NCBI GenBank assembly: GCA_050273025.1
Contig: CP158635.1
Span: forward strand, 28,334,001 to 28,398,000
Source: Cenococcum geophilum
Lineage: Eukaryota
Direction: 5' to 3'
DNA: 64,000 nt
Shown: piece by piece, positions 26,947 through 39,900 of the stretch
Numbering within the stretch: position 1 is the first letter of the stretch
Layout: the number at the start of each line of letters is the position of its first letter
Program-made: the position numbers and the translations under genes
Notes under the pieces: model-generated
Databases searched by the model: none
What the model saw: the letters and a program-made list of their open reading frames with translations, nothing else
What the model was told of the DNA's origin: nothing

Positions 26947-29900
26947 TATTACGGACGCTTTAAGTACAATATTACGACTACTTGGAGAAGAATCGGAAGA
27001 AGCTAGTTAGTTAATTTAAGTACAGTCTAGGATAGAGCCGGTAGAACTATATAACGAGAAAGGGTAACCGAGGTTATATAACATACTACGTATTAAATAA
27101 GAGGAACGAAAGGAACTTATGTACCTTATATATAAGACGTATATTATATATAAGAAGGATTTTATAGGAGTATGGTTATATATTTAAGGACCCTTAATCC
27201 CTACCTAGATAGTTCCTTCCTTATAGTAATTCTTAGAATACAATTAGAGTTAATCTATTAGGCAACTACCCTACCAGTTATTATTACGTTGTTAACTTTT
27301 ATACTTACATTTCCTACACACCTAGCCTAATAATAAGCCTATTATAGTTCTTGCTACAAGGTTCCGTTATATAATTACTACCTAGTTACGGTATTAAATA
27401 TAAAAAGTTAAATAACATACCACTAAAAGTAGCCACTATAACGCTATTAACGGCGGCAACTACTTTAAGATTAGGAAACGACACTAGTATAGTAGATACT
27501 AATTTATAACAACCTGTGACGGTTAGACAACTATAAGAGGTAATTAATTAGTTAATAGCTAATAATACAGTATTAGAAGAAAGGGTTAATGGGATTAGAG
27601 CAGTAAAGGTTAAGTTACTATTAATTAAGAGGTACTTAGGAGAAAGATTAAAGCTTAAGGGGTTTCTTACCTAAATGCACTTTAAGGTCACACAGAAAGG
27701 GGTAAAGCTACTAATACCTATAGATTAAATAGCCTATGCAGGACTATTTCTATTAGGAAGAGCACTTAAATAGTTTAAGCTTTACCTTACGGAAATATAG
27801 ATAAATAGAATAACAACTACTAATTAGGAGGTATAGTTTATGTTTTTAAGCTAGGAAGGATTTATAAAGCGACTTATATAAATATTTAGAGACCTAGAGG
27901 CAGTAACCATAGCGAAAAGAAAACTCTAAGATATTACGCAATAAACCTTAGCAATTAAGTATATAATATAGTTCTAGACACTAGCAATATAAGTAGAGTA
28001 GAATAATAAGGCGCTTATAGCATAGTACAAACAGGGACTTAAGGCTAAAGTCTAGGATGTAATTATCCTAATAGAAGATGCGGATACCCTACGGGATTTA
28101 ATAGATTAAGTAATTAAGATTAATAATCGGATTTACTAAAGGGAATAGGCTAAGAGAGGTTAGAATAGAGTTCTATAGTTATATAAGGCGTAAAGTACGC
28201 ATTAACTAAAGCTAAGTTAGAAACTATAGTATGGCGTAAAGCTAATGGACCTAAGTAGTACTAAAGAAGCCTATAAGAGATAAAGTAAGAAACTATAAAA
28301 ACCTAGAGGTTAAGGATCTAGTAATTATAGGACTAAGAAGTAGAGGCTAGACTAGGGATCTTAGTAGCAGAAGACGTTTAGGCGGACTTTATAGTAAAGT
28401 TAATAGTTTAAAAATGGAGCTTATATAAATTGTAGGAAATAAGGTTATTTTATAAGGGATTATAAAGATAGTTAGAGTTACTATATAATAAAGGGAACCT
28501 AACTAGCAGAAGATATATATATATAAAAGGATAATAGTATACTATAAGGAATAAAGGAATATTTAATTAAAAGTTTCGCGTTTTATTATAATAACGTATA
28601 CTAAATTTATAAAGACGCTAAGTATAGTATAAGCTATTAGCTATAGAAGCTAAAATCTATAAAGTATAGAGGAACTAATAAACTAGTTCGCAGATTAGAT
28701 ATTAGGGATAATAAATTTAATAAAGGCAAAACATTTTATAACGATAAGGCGATAAAGGCGGCTTACTAGGAGTATATAGACCTCGGAGATGTTATAATAG
28801 AGGTAGAGGATAATTCCACTATAGAATAGGGAATATTAGTAGGGATTAAGACCCCACTAGACACGATGTCTATTGCTTTATAAGACGTAAGAGAAGTAAA
28901 ACAGCGAACTACTTTGGCACTCAATAAAGGCAAAAGGCTAAAGGCTTAAGATTCTTAAGATAAGATGCGAGACGACTAAGATTCTTAAGACAAGATAAGG
29001 TAAGCTTAAGGACCTATAACGGATAATAACTAATAGAGTAGAGCAGTAGCTTAGTTTAAAGACATATAAATAAGCTTGGGATAGAGTTTCCCGTAGGTAT
29101 AAGACTCTTAAGACAAGATAAGTAAGATTTAAGACTCTTAAGACGAGATAAGAATACTAAATAAGCCTAGTTGGACTAAGGTAGGAGTAAAGCTTAAGTT
29201 AGAAGTAAGCTTAAGATTAAGAATCCTATAGAACTAAGACTTTAAGATATAAATAAGAGCTATTAATAAGATTAGAGAATCTGTAATATAAATAGCAACT
29301 AGATTAGGAGACAGATATATAGACCTAAAAGACTTACTAGGGGAACACGGTATTTAGCCTAAAGATTAAAAAGTTAATACTAAGATTAAGAAGCAAGAAG
29401 ACTTTAAGGATCTACTTATAAGACGTAAAAGAAAAGAAACTAAGAAGGAATTTAGAGCGAGAATTACCTTATAGTAAGAACAGAAACTAAATAAAAGATC
29501 TAGTATATTAGAACATATAAGGTATAGAGCGCTAGTACGAAGAATTACTAATAGGCTAAAAGTAGGCATACTAAGAGCTAAGTGGCTTATTAAACTAGAA
29601 TAAGAAAAGGATCTAGGGATTCTAACTAGGTTTAAGGAACAATATACTAAAGGCTATTACGACGTAGTAATAAGAAAATACTTCCTTATAAACGAACTAT
29701 ATATACTCTAGTAGCTATACTAAAAGTGGTATAAGTAAAGGCATAATAATAAGTAGGAAGATTTCTATATATAGTTAGATAAAAAAGTTATCTAAAACTA
29801 CTTAATTACGGAAAAAGCGATAAGTTATATTAAGGGAGCCTTAATTATAATATTAAAGGATCTAGACGAATAAATAGAGGACTAAAGAAGTAAGAGGCGT

Positions 29901-32900
29901 ATTTTAGTACCCGCGAATAAAGTTATAGCGTTTAGATTAATATAAGATAGGTTTAAACTTAAGAATAAAAACGAGCTAAGAGTTAACCTAAAGCACCTAT
30001 TATATTATACGCTATTATAGATCGCATATATAGATAATATGTGCAATATATACAGAGCACTAAAGGATAAATATTAGAAATACCCTATAAGAATATATTA
30101 GCTAGTAGAAGAATAAAAGTATTAAAACGCTAAATATATATATAGCTGGCATCTAGTAGAAGTTTAGAAGTTAGGTAACTTAATACTTTAGCTAAAAAGA
30201 TTTCTTACGGAAGAATACCTAAATAGATAATAGTGGTAAGAATACCTAAAGAATACATATCTATAGCATATTGAAGACAAAAAGCGAACTAGGTATTAGC
30301 TAAAGAGTAAGCTAAGTATAATAGGATTAAGCAGCTAATAGTTAGGAAAAGTAGAGGCCTATAGGACTAGAGGGAGCTAGTAGTAGAGCCTTAGACCCTT
30401 AAAGGAATTTAAGGATAATACTTAAATTTATGAGTTAAATAGCAAGATTAATCGTTCGAAGCATTAATAGATAGTAAAGTAATAAGAAACTATATCTCAC
30501 TAGTAGCAGTTAAAAGGATAGGTTTACCACACAGGAAAAAGGAGCACCCTTACCTATTAGTGACAATTTTAGGAGATTTAATAGCCTATAGAGGAGATAT
30601 TATTAATCTTAAAATAAGACCTATTTAGTTAACTATTAAAGGGAGATAAATTAAGATGTCTTTTAATATATTACTATTAGGGAATAATAAGGCAGTATTA
30701 GGAATGCCTTAGTTATAGGAATATAATCTAAAGATTAATTAGGTTATAGGTTAGGTTAATATTAGGGATACTTAATAATATAAGATGTAATAATAAGCTA
30801 AGTTAGTATAGTACTAAGTAGGGGCGACCTATAAAGAAATAGAAAAAGGATTAAGTTACGTACTAAAAAGATACTATAAGTATAGTAAGAAACTATGGTT
30901 ACCGGAAAGTAAAAAGCTGTTAAAGTATATAGTATAAAACTATAAAATAGAATTGGAACTAGAAATAAGTCTAAGGTTTTTTCCAATCTATAAGCTTACT
31001 AAAGAGGAAGGTAGAGCATTAAAGGAGTTTATCTAAGAAAACCTATAAAAAGGATATATTAAACCATTATAGTTGTTAGTAGGTTATCCAGTACTATTTA
31101 TACTAAAGAAGAATAGCAAATTAAGGCTGTATATTAACTATAGATAGTTAAATAGCATTATTAGAAAGGATAGGTATTTTTTACCCTTAATTAGCGAAAT
31201 CTAAGATAAAATAGGTAATGTATAAATCTTTATAAAGATAGATCTAAGATAGGCGTACTATTAGATTAGAATTAAGGAAGGTAATAAATAAAAGGCAGCC
31301 TTTAGGTTAAAGGAAGGACTATATAAACTATTAGTTATATAATTTAGGCTTATAAACGCACCAGTAATGTTCCAGAAGCGTATTAATAATATATTAGGAG
31401 AATACTTAGATGAATTTGTTATAGTATACCTTAACGATATTATTATCTATTTAATAACTAAGGAAGAATATAGGGAACACGTTAAATGGGTCTTAAAGAG
31501 ACTATAGAAAGAATAGATGCTAGTAGTAATTAAGAAATACAAGTTCTTTACCAGGAAGACGGATTTTATTAAATTTATTATTAAACTAAGCTAACTTAGT
31601 ATAGATCTAAAGAAGATTAAGGCTATAGTAAATTAGTAGGAACTAGAGAATGCTATATAGTTAAAATCGTTTTTAGGGTTTTGCAATTACTGCAGAAGGT
31701 TTATAGTATAATAGTTAAAGGATATTAAGCTATTTACGTAATTAATAAAGAAAGAGGAACTATAGGTATAGGGAAAGGAATAGTAGAAACTCTTTAAGAA
31801 AGTTAAAGAGTTGTTTACCTAGGAGCTAGTTCTTAAGATTTATTAACTAGGACTAGAAACGGTTATAGAAATAAATATATTAGACTATATATTAGGGGCA
31901 TACTTTATATAAAGGTATTAAAATAGATAGTACCTAGTGGTATACTATAGTAGGAAGATAACGCTACTAGAGTTAAACTATAATATCTATAATAAGGAGT
32001 TATTAGGTATAGTTATAGTATTAAAAGAATAAAGAGCATTCTTATAAGGTATAGAGAAACTATTTATAGTTAAAATAGATTATAAAAACCTAATAGAATT
32101 CCTAATAATAAAGGAACTTAACTAAAGATAGGTTAGATAGGTAGAGATGCTTATAGAATACTATTTTAAGATTTAGTATACTAAGGGTACTAATAATATA
32201 TAAGCGGATACTCTAAGTTAAAAAGCTAAACTATAGAATAATAAGAAGCTATTAGGGGCTTTACTATAAAAAGACATAGACGGATTAATTAGGTATAATT
32301 ATCCGAAAATTATAGCAACTTAGGAAAATAATAAGTTAGGAAGAGTCTATAAGACACTAGAAAGCTTTTAGGTATAAAGAATTCTAGAAGCACAGCTAGA
32401 AGATCTATAGATAGATATATATAAGAATTAAAAAGCTAAGTATATCCTAAAAAGCATAGTAGAGTATTTTATAGAAGATTTCTATAAGGAAATAACTTAA
32501 GGATATAATAGAGCCACGGGCTTAATGTTAAGACTTTAAGAGGAGTATATTATTAATAGAATCTAAGGACTAGCGCGAAAAGTTATAAAGGAATATTTAA
32601 ATTGCTAAAGAAATAAACTAATAAGGTATAAGCTATATAGAGGGCTACAACCTATTAAAACACTAAAGAGACTATAGGAGGTTATATTATAGGACTTTAT
32701 TATTAAGTTACTAAAGTTAAAAGACCCTATTACCGGATAAGATTATAACGCGATCTTAGTAATAGTAGATAAGCTTATAAAGTGGGGATACTTTATAGCA
32801 TATATAGAAGAAATCTTAGCGGAAGATATTGCTAGAATTTATATTAAAGAAGTATTCGTAAGATATAGAGTACTAAGTAAAATTATATTGGACAGAGACC

Positions 32901-34880
32901 TAAGATTTATAGTAGTATTTTAGGAGGTATTCTTAGTGGAATAAGGAGTTAAAGTAGTAACTTTTACTATATATTATCCGCAGATAGATAGTTAAACGGA
33001 ATAACTAAATTAGACACTAGAGTAGTATTTAAGATACTATATTAATCACGTATAGAACAATTAGGTATTATTACTACTAGTTATATAGTTTATATATAAT
33101 ATAATACTTTAAGAGGAAATAGGTATATTATTATTTAAGGCGAATTATAGATATAAGCTAAGAATATTGTTATTACTATAGTAAATAAAGAAAATAAGTA
33201 GCATAGCTAAAGAAAAAATAAAGATATTAATAAATCTTTATATAGACCTTATAGAATTAGTAAAGAAAGTATAAAAGAGAATAAAAAGGTATTATAATAC
33301 TAAGAGATTTAAGGGACTAGATCTTAAGGAGGGAGATAAAGTATAGCTACTATATAAAATTTTTAAGAGTTAATAATTAAGTAAGAAGTTAGACTATGTT
33401 AGACTAGAACCTTTTAAAATTAAGTAGAGGATTTTACTGGTTATATTTAAGTTAAACCTACTAGCTAAAATAAAGATCTACCCTATATAGTATATCGCAA
33501 TACTAGAGCTAGTATATAAGAATATTAAGCCACTAGTTTACGAAGCAGACATATATAGAGGATAAGAAGAAGATAAATAGCAAGTTTTAAGGATTATTAG
33601 TTATAAGGACGTTAATAATAAAATATAGTATAAGGTTAAGTAAATAGGCTATAATAAGACTACCTAGGAGCTACTAAAGAATTTAAAAAATGCTATAGAA
33701 AAGGTATAGGAGTATTGGAAGAAATTAGGTTAGGCAGTATTAATAAAGAAGGATTACTAAAAAATAAGTCACCTAAGGGGGACCTAAGAAGAGCAGTTGC
33801 CGAGCTACTTAGATCTATTTCCTTCTCTACTAAAAGAGAATCCGTTTTTTTATTACTAAGTTCCTATAGACCCTATTCTATAAGTTTCTACTCCTTAAAA
33901 CGGACCTTCTTATACACCTTTTTAAGACGGAGTAAACGGGTAGACGCCGCGATATAAGTATCTAGAGCCTTTTATTCTGCATCCTAAGAACGTTCTAACT
34001 TAGCAAGGGCTTAAAATAGTTTACTATCTAGCTATATAGCAGCAGATTAAATATAAGACCCTAAGATAAATCAATTAGGGAACTAGACGACTATTAAGAG
34101 TAATAGGTCGCGCATATTTAGTATTAAAAGTGGAGTAAACGTTATAGGACGAATAAATATTTACTTTAGTATACCCTAAGCAAGAGGATAGTTGTTATAA
34201 AGATGGGTTTACTAACGTAATATAAACTAACCCCTCTTTAGAATAACGAGAATACGGAGACGGTATAATCTTACTAAGAGATAATATTACAGCAATAGTG
34301 TGAGCACGACGCTAGGCGTATAAAGAAGAAATTACTTTAGGTATAATAAGCAATAATATTAACCAAATTAATTAGACGGATATTACACCTCTAGTAAATA
34401 ACTTAGAGATATTTTAAATCTTTAAGGACGAAGATAAAGAGGAGGGAGATAGTATTATAGACGCTTTAAGTATAATATTATAACTACTTAGAGAAGAATT
34501 AGAAGAAGCTAGTTAGTTAATTTAAGTATAGTCCAGAATAGAGCCGGTAGAACTATATAATAAGGAAGGATAATAACTAAGGTTATATAATATGCTACAT
34601 ATTAAATAAGAGGAATAAAAGGAACTTATATACCTTATATATAAGACGTATATTATATATAAGAAGGATTTTATAGGAGTACGGTTGTGTATTTAAGGAC
34701 CCTTAGTCCCTACCTAGATAGTTCCTTCCTTGTAGTGATTCTTAGAATATAATTAAAGTTAATCTATTGGGCAACCACTCCACTAGTTGTTATTACGTTG
34801 TTAACTTTTATACTTATATTTCCTACACACCTAGCCCAATAACGAGCTTATTGTAGTTCTTGCTACAAGGTTCCGTTACC
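26947..34880 (+). mobile_element. Ty3/Gypsy family B, copy 2 (LTRs 26947-27371 and 34453-34880)
   Basis: Colinear with 6434-14344; TSD CTTTA at 26942-26946 and 34881-34885; PPT AAAGAGGAGGGAGATAG. Confidence 0.92.
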
Positions 34881-35759
34881 CTTTATATTTAGCTAAGATA
34901 AAGGCTTTTACTATAGGGAATAGAGGCAGTATATACTATATAGCTTATATTCCGGTTTATAATACGGTTTATAACCTTAGCAACTACTAGGCCTCTTATA
35001 CCTTTACGCTTAGTTTCTTTATACGTCTTAATAGAGCTATTAGTGGGTTTAAAGGTGGTATTATTAATACGCGTTTAGGGGTTAAAGTAGCTATTAGGGC
35101 TTTAGGGTTTTGTTTAATAGGCTATAGGGGCCGCCTTATAGCGGGAGCTAGCTAAATAAAAGACTAGGATTTAATTAAAAGAATATCCGAGATAAATATC
35201 CTCCTCTTTTAAGAGTTTTTCTGCCTCCTACGCTTACTTAAACTCTATAAGGGGGTAACCTAAGCGGGCTAGCTCTCCACCTTAATAAGGGTGTGGCCAG
35301 AGCGGGTCGGCCGTCCTCCCTACTAGTGGTGGCGGCATCAAGTGCCAAATCATCGTCATTGCTTTTCGATATCACATATCAAGCCCGCTTACTTAGCCAC
35401 GTGATATTGAGAAGCTCAGCCACTTTGCATTGACTCAGCATGCTCAGACTAAGAAACCGATGAATATCCGCAAGCTAACCTATTCGATCGATCGATCTGT
35501 TTCTTGGTCTGAGCCACTTTAGTAGGCTTTCGGAAGCTGAGCTGCTTTGTTTATAAGGCAAACCATTAACTTTGACGAAATTAATATAAGTAACCGCGAC
35601 GTCTATTATCCTGCAAATACCTGCGTTAGAATCGCCTTAATCAGCTCTCTAATTGATGGATTTTCCAGAACTAACTGCCAGCCATGGGTGCATCCAGAAG
35701 GCGTTGAAAAAACCCCTTTATTACGGCTCTGCAACGACTCTACCACACCTCTACTATCG

Positions 35760-36060
35760 CCCATATATAGTCGCCCATATATAGTCGCCCGTACAATCGT
35801 CCGTACGAACGGCTCTACATCGTCTCTACGAATGGCTCTGCATCATCTTTACGAACGGCTCTACGAACGGCTCTACGAACGGCTCTGCAACGGCTCTGCA
35901 ACGGCTCTGCAACGGCTCTGCAACGGCTCTGCAACGGCTCTACAAATGGCTCTGCAACGGCTCTATGAACGGCTTTATGAACGGCTTTGCAATGGCTCTG
36001 CAACGGCTTTATGAATGGCTCTGCAATGGCTTTGTAATGACTCTATGAATAGCTCTACTT
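35760..36060 (+). repeat. 11/12-bp tandem array (AACGGCTCTGC / GAACGGCTCTAC)
   Basis: Directly visible tandem units; related in inverted orientation to the GCAGAGCTTCG arrays at 42605-43630. Confidence 0.9.
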
Positions 36061-36522
36061 GTCTAGCAAGAGCCAGTCTTTTTAAGCTTTTAATAATAAA
36101 CTACCCAAGGGCTTAAACACATAAATAGATTTTAATGGATATAGCAGATAAAAAGTGGGTGGTTAAGGTTGATATTTTTAGTATGGATATTGCGACCGTA
36201 ATTGTCCACTTTGGCAAACCGCGTCACGGCTATGTTGAAATTAATGTCAGGAATGGGAAGGCGGGGAGACTTCTTATATAGACCATTTAATTTGCCAGAG
36301 CTCAATATATAATTGATGGATTTTTCAAACTAGCCAAACTCGTTGTTATAATAAGAAGTGAATATCCGCAATATCAGCTATATGGATTTGGCGACGTGCG
36401 TTACAATCGTCTGCCAAAGTGTCTCAGACCATACAGGGACAGATGGCCTAAACTGGTTTAGTGCCATCGGGCCGGATTTATCCGGCCTCCCATTGTGAAG
36501 ATGTAAAGACGCGGAGATATGA

Positions 36523-36600
36523 AGGCGTAGAGGCGTAGAGGCGTAGAGGCGTAGAGGCGCGGAGGCGTAGAGGCGTAGGGAGAGGTGTAAAGGCGCAGAG
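36523..36600 (+). repeat. 8-bp tandem array (GGCGTAGA)n
   Basis: Directly visible. Confidence 0.85.
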
Positions 36601-36915
36601 GTACCTCTAGGGGTAAACCCTGCTAAATTAAGCTACGACTCTAAAAAATAAGCTCTAAGCCACTAATTTTGCACCGGCAGAATGAAACTTGGCAGAAGAT
36701 TCGGGCAGTAAAGTTACTGCCAAGAGTTACTGCCCGGATCCTGTCCGCACTTTGCACTGCCTCCCCCGTCATCCCCAACTCGTTCCTTCAAAGTGTTCTT
36801 CCATAAATCTGCCAGCCAGCACAGTCACAATTCTTTGACTACCCGACCGTGCACATCTTGTCTACATCTATTGTCATGATTTCCCTGGCTAGAGCTCTCT
36901 AGCAATTCTCTCCTT

Positions 36916-39900
36916 ATGCGTCTTTTGCGGCTCGAAGATAACGGTGAATTCAGCCTAGTCGAATTTGTTGGCAAGGACATCCCGCCTTATGCTATTCTTT
37001 CGCATACTTGGGGAGCAGATGGCGAAGAGGTTACCTTTAAAGATCTCGTGGACGATGCAGGCAAGAGCAAGGCCGGCTATAGCAAGATCTGCTTCTGCGG
37101 GAAGCAAGCTGCTGATGACGGCCTGCAATTCTTCTGGGTAGATACCTGCTGCATTGACAAATTAAGCTACGCTGAGCTTACAGAAGCTATTAACGTTATG
37201 TTTCGCTGGTATCAGGATGCGGCTAGATGCTACGTGTATTTGTCTGACGTTTCAGTTAGCGGTTCCGTTGGAGACGACGAGCTCTCCTAAAAATGGAAAT
37301 CGGAGTTTAAAAGAAGCAGATGGTTTACTCGTGGCTGGACGCTTCAAGAGCTTATTGCTCCAACATTAGTTGAATTCTTCTCTAAGGAGGGAAAGCAGCT
37401 TGGTAATAAGCAATTACTGGAGCAAACTCTCTGTGAGATAACTGGAATCGCTATCCAAGCCCTTCGAGGAAGCCCTTTGTCTTATTTTAGTGTGAATGAG
37501 CGCATGTCGTGGGCAGCAAAACGCTAAACAAAACGCGAAGAAGACGAGGCATACTCTCTACTAGGCATTTTCGACATCCATATGCCGCTTATATATGGCG
37601 AAGGACGGAAAAACGCGTTGAATCGGCTTCAGAAGGAGATGAAAGAATCCCCAAAGGACGAGCAAAAACGGATGCTGTTGGACTCGTTAAGATTTAACCA
37701 AATTGATGAGCGCTGGATGACCATTAAGAAAGCCCACGCCAAGACATGTAAATGGCTGTTGGAAAAGTCCGAATACCTCGACTGGCTTAATGCTACTAAG
37801 CTAGGCGAACACTACGGCTTCTTGTGGATTAAAGGGAAGCCTGGAACTGGAAAGTTAACATTAATGAAATTCGCTCTTGCTAATGCCCGTAAGATGATGA
37901 CGGATAGGATCGTTATCTCATTCTTCTTTAATGCACGAGGCATGGGTCTAAAGAAGTCTACGATCGGGATGTATCGGTCGCTCTTACTATAACTTCTCAA
38001 ACGACTCCCAACGCTTTAGTGCGTCTTTAACTTGCTTGGACTCTTAATATTAAGCATTAGCACATACCACCAATGGAGCGTTAAATTACTAAAAATGCTG
38101 TTAGAACAAGCTATACAAAGTCTTGGAGAGTCCTCTGTAGTATGTTTTATTGACGCCTTAGATAAATGCGAGGAACATCAGATCCGGGATATAATATCAT
38201 TTTTTGAATATATTAGCGAGCTTACTATATCAGCTGGTATTAGATTCCAAGTCTGTTTTTTAAGCAGGCACTACCCGCATATTACTGTTAGGAAAGGGCT
38301 GGATCTAGTTCTAGAAAGACAAGAAGGACATAACCAGGATATAACCAACTACCTTGATAGCGAGTTAAAGGTTAGCTATGGTAAGTTTGCTAAGCAGATC
38401 CGAATAGAACTTCAAGAAAGGGCCTTTAGGGTTTTTATATGGGTTATTCTTATGGTACAAATATTAAATAAAGAACATGACCATGGCCGCATATATATGC
38501 CTCGGCAAAAACTCCGGGAGATCCCTGGCGACATACACGAGCTATTCCACAATATTTTAATACGCGACTCTCACAATAGAGACGAACTAGTTTTTTGTAT
38601 TCAGTGGGTGCTTTTCTCGAAGCAGCCGTTAAGTCCAGAGCAGTTATACTTTGCTATTATTTCCGGAGTTAAGCCTAAGGCACTATTAGGGTGGGATCCC
38701 AGCGAGATCACAAGAGACACGATCGAAAGATTTATACTTAATTCCTCCAAAGGACTCGTCGAAATTACGACATACAAAACTCGGAAAGTCAAGTTTATTC
38801 ACAAGTCGGTGAAGGACTTTCTCCTAAAGGAAAACGGGCTCGGAAGGATTTGGCCTGATCTTAGAAGCAACCTCCAAGGTCAAAGTCATGAGCGGCTAAA
38901 GAATTGTTGCCTCAACTACATGGGCATCAACGTTTCCACCAATCTAGAGCTCAGCAAGGATCTTCCAAAGGCCTCATCACAGGAAGCTGCAGCCCTCCGC
39001 GAATCAGCTACTCGTGCATTTCCCTTCCTAGAGTATGCCGTACGCCATGTACTATACCATGCAGATGTGGCAGCAGGGAGTGGTATCCATGAAGAACCAT
39101 TTATTCAGAGCTTCCCGCTTGCCAATTGGATTAAGATCAACAATCTACTCGAAAAAGACGAAGTACGCAGGTACACGCGAAATGTCAGTCTTTGGGATGT
39201 ATTGGAAAAGGGAAACATGTCAAACCTCATCAAAGTTCATCTTACTAGTCTCAACATCGGGGCTGACGTGGACTCTACTGAAGCGGAATCTATTCTTGCG
39301 GGTACAACACTAGTGGGCACACAAGATGAACATACATTCGAACCCAAGCAGTCGTCTTTTTTGAATGTACCAGATTCAGATGCATTTGAAGATGGTGACT
39401 GCATGTCTATAGAGTCTAACGACGAAGACATCGCCTCGCAGGCCGCGACGAGAAGAACAGAGCCAGAGATCCTCGCTATCAGACAATTCGGATCATTCTT
39501 CGGAGAGCTGGAAGAGCTACGTCCATTGCACGAAGAAGCCCTCAAGAAGCTTGGGACGAAGCGTTTCCAAGAGAATTACCGCAGGATTCTCAAACTCTAC
39601 GTCCTGAAGCTGCTGAATGAAGCGAAGACTGCCGTTGAAAGGGATACTGTTATGGTGCTGAAATCCCGATCCAACCGTCTCCACATAGCACGGCGGATCG
39701 TAGCTCTCATGCAGGAGGATGAAGAGGACCGTTCAAAGCCATTGGATGGACTGACAGCCCAGCCGGTCGAAAAACAATCTCTCGATGACTGGGCAAGAAA
39801 TGAATACGCATCACCAGATGCCGAACCGGAGGGATATGAACAATCTAGCGACGAAAGTGACGGTGAAGATGGCGAAGACAACGACGAAAACCAGGACAAG

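Larger units (their letters stand above)
5792..35215 (-). mobile_element. Tad1-like LINE, RIP-degraded, split into four pieces (5792-6433, 14345-16537, 26117-26946, 34881-35215); 3' end missing
   Basis: The pieces are colinear reverse complements of the LINE copies at 48461-59896. Each interruption is flanked by a target-site duplication of LINE sequence. Confidence 0.9.

Noticed and set aside
1963..33957. Short ORFs in the RIPed retroelements listed in the ORF track
   Set aside because: Chance stop-free stretches of degraded TE sequence, mostly with non-ATG starts.
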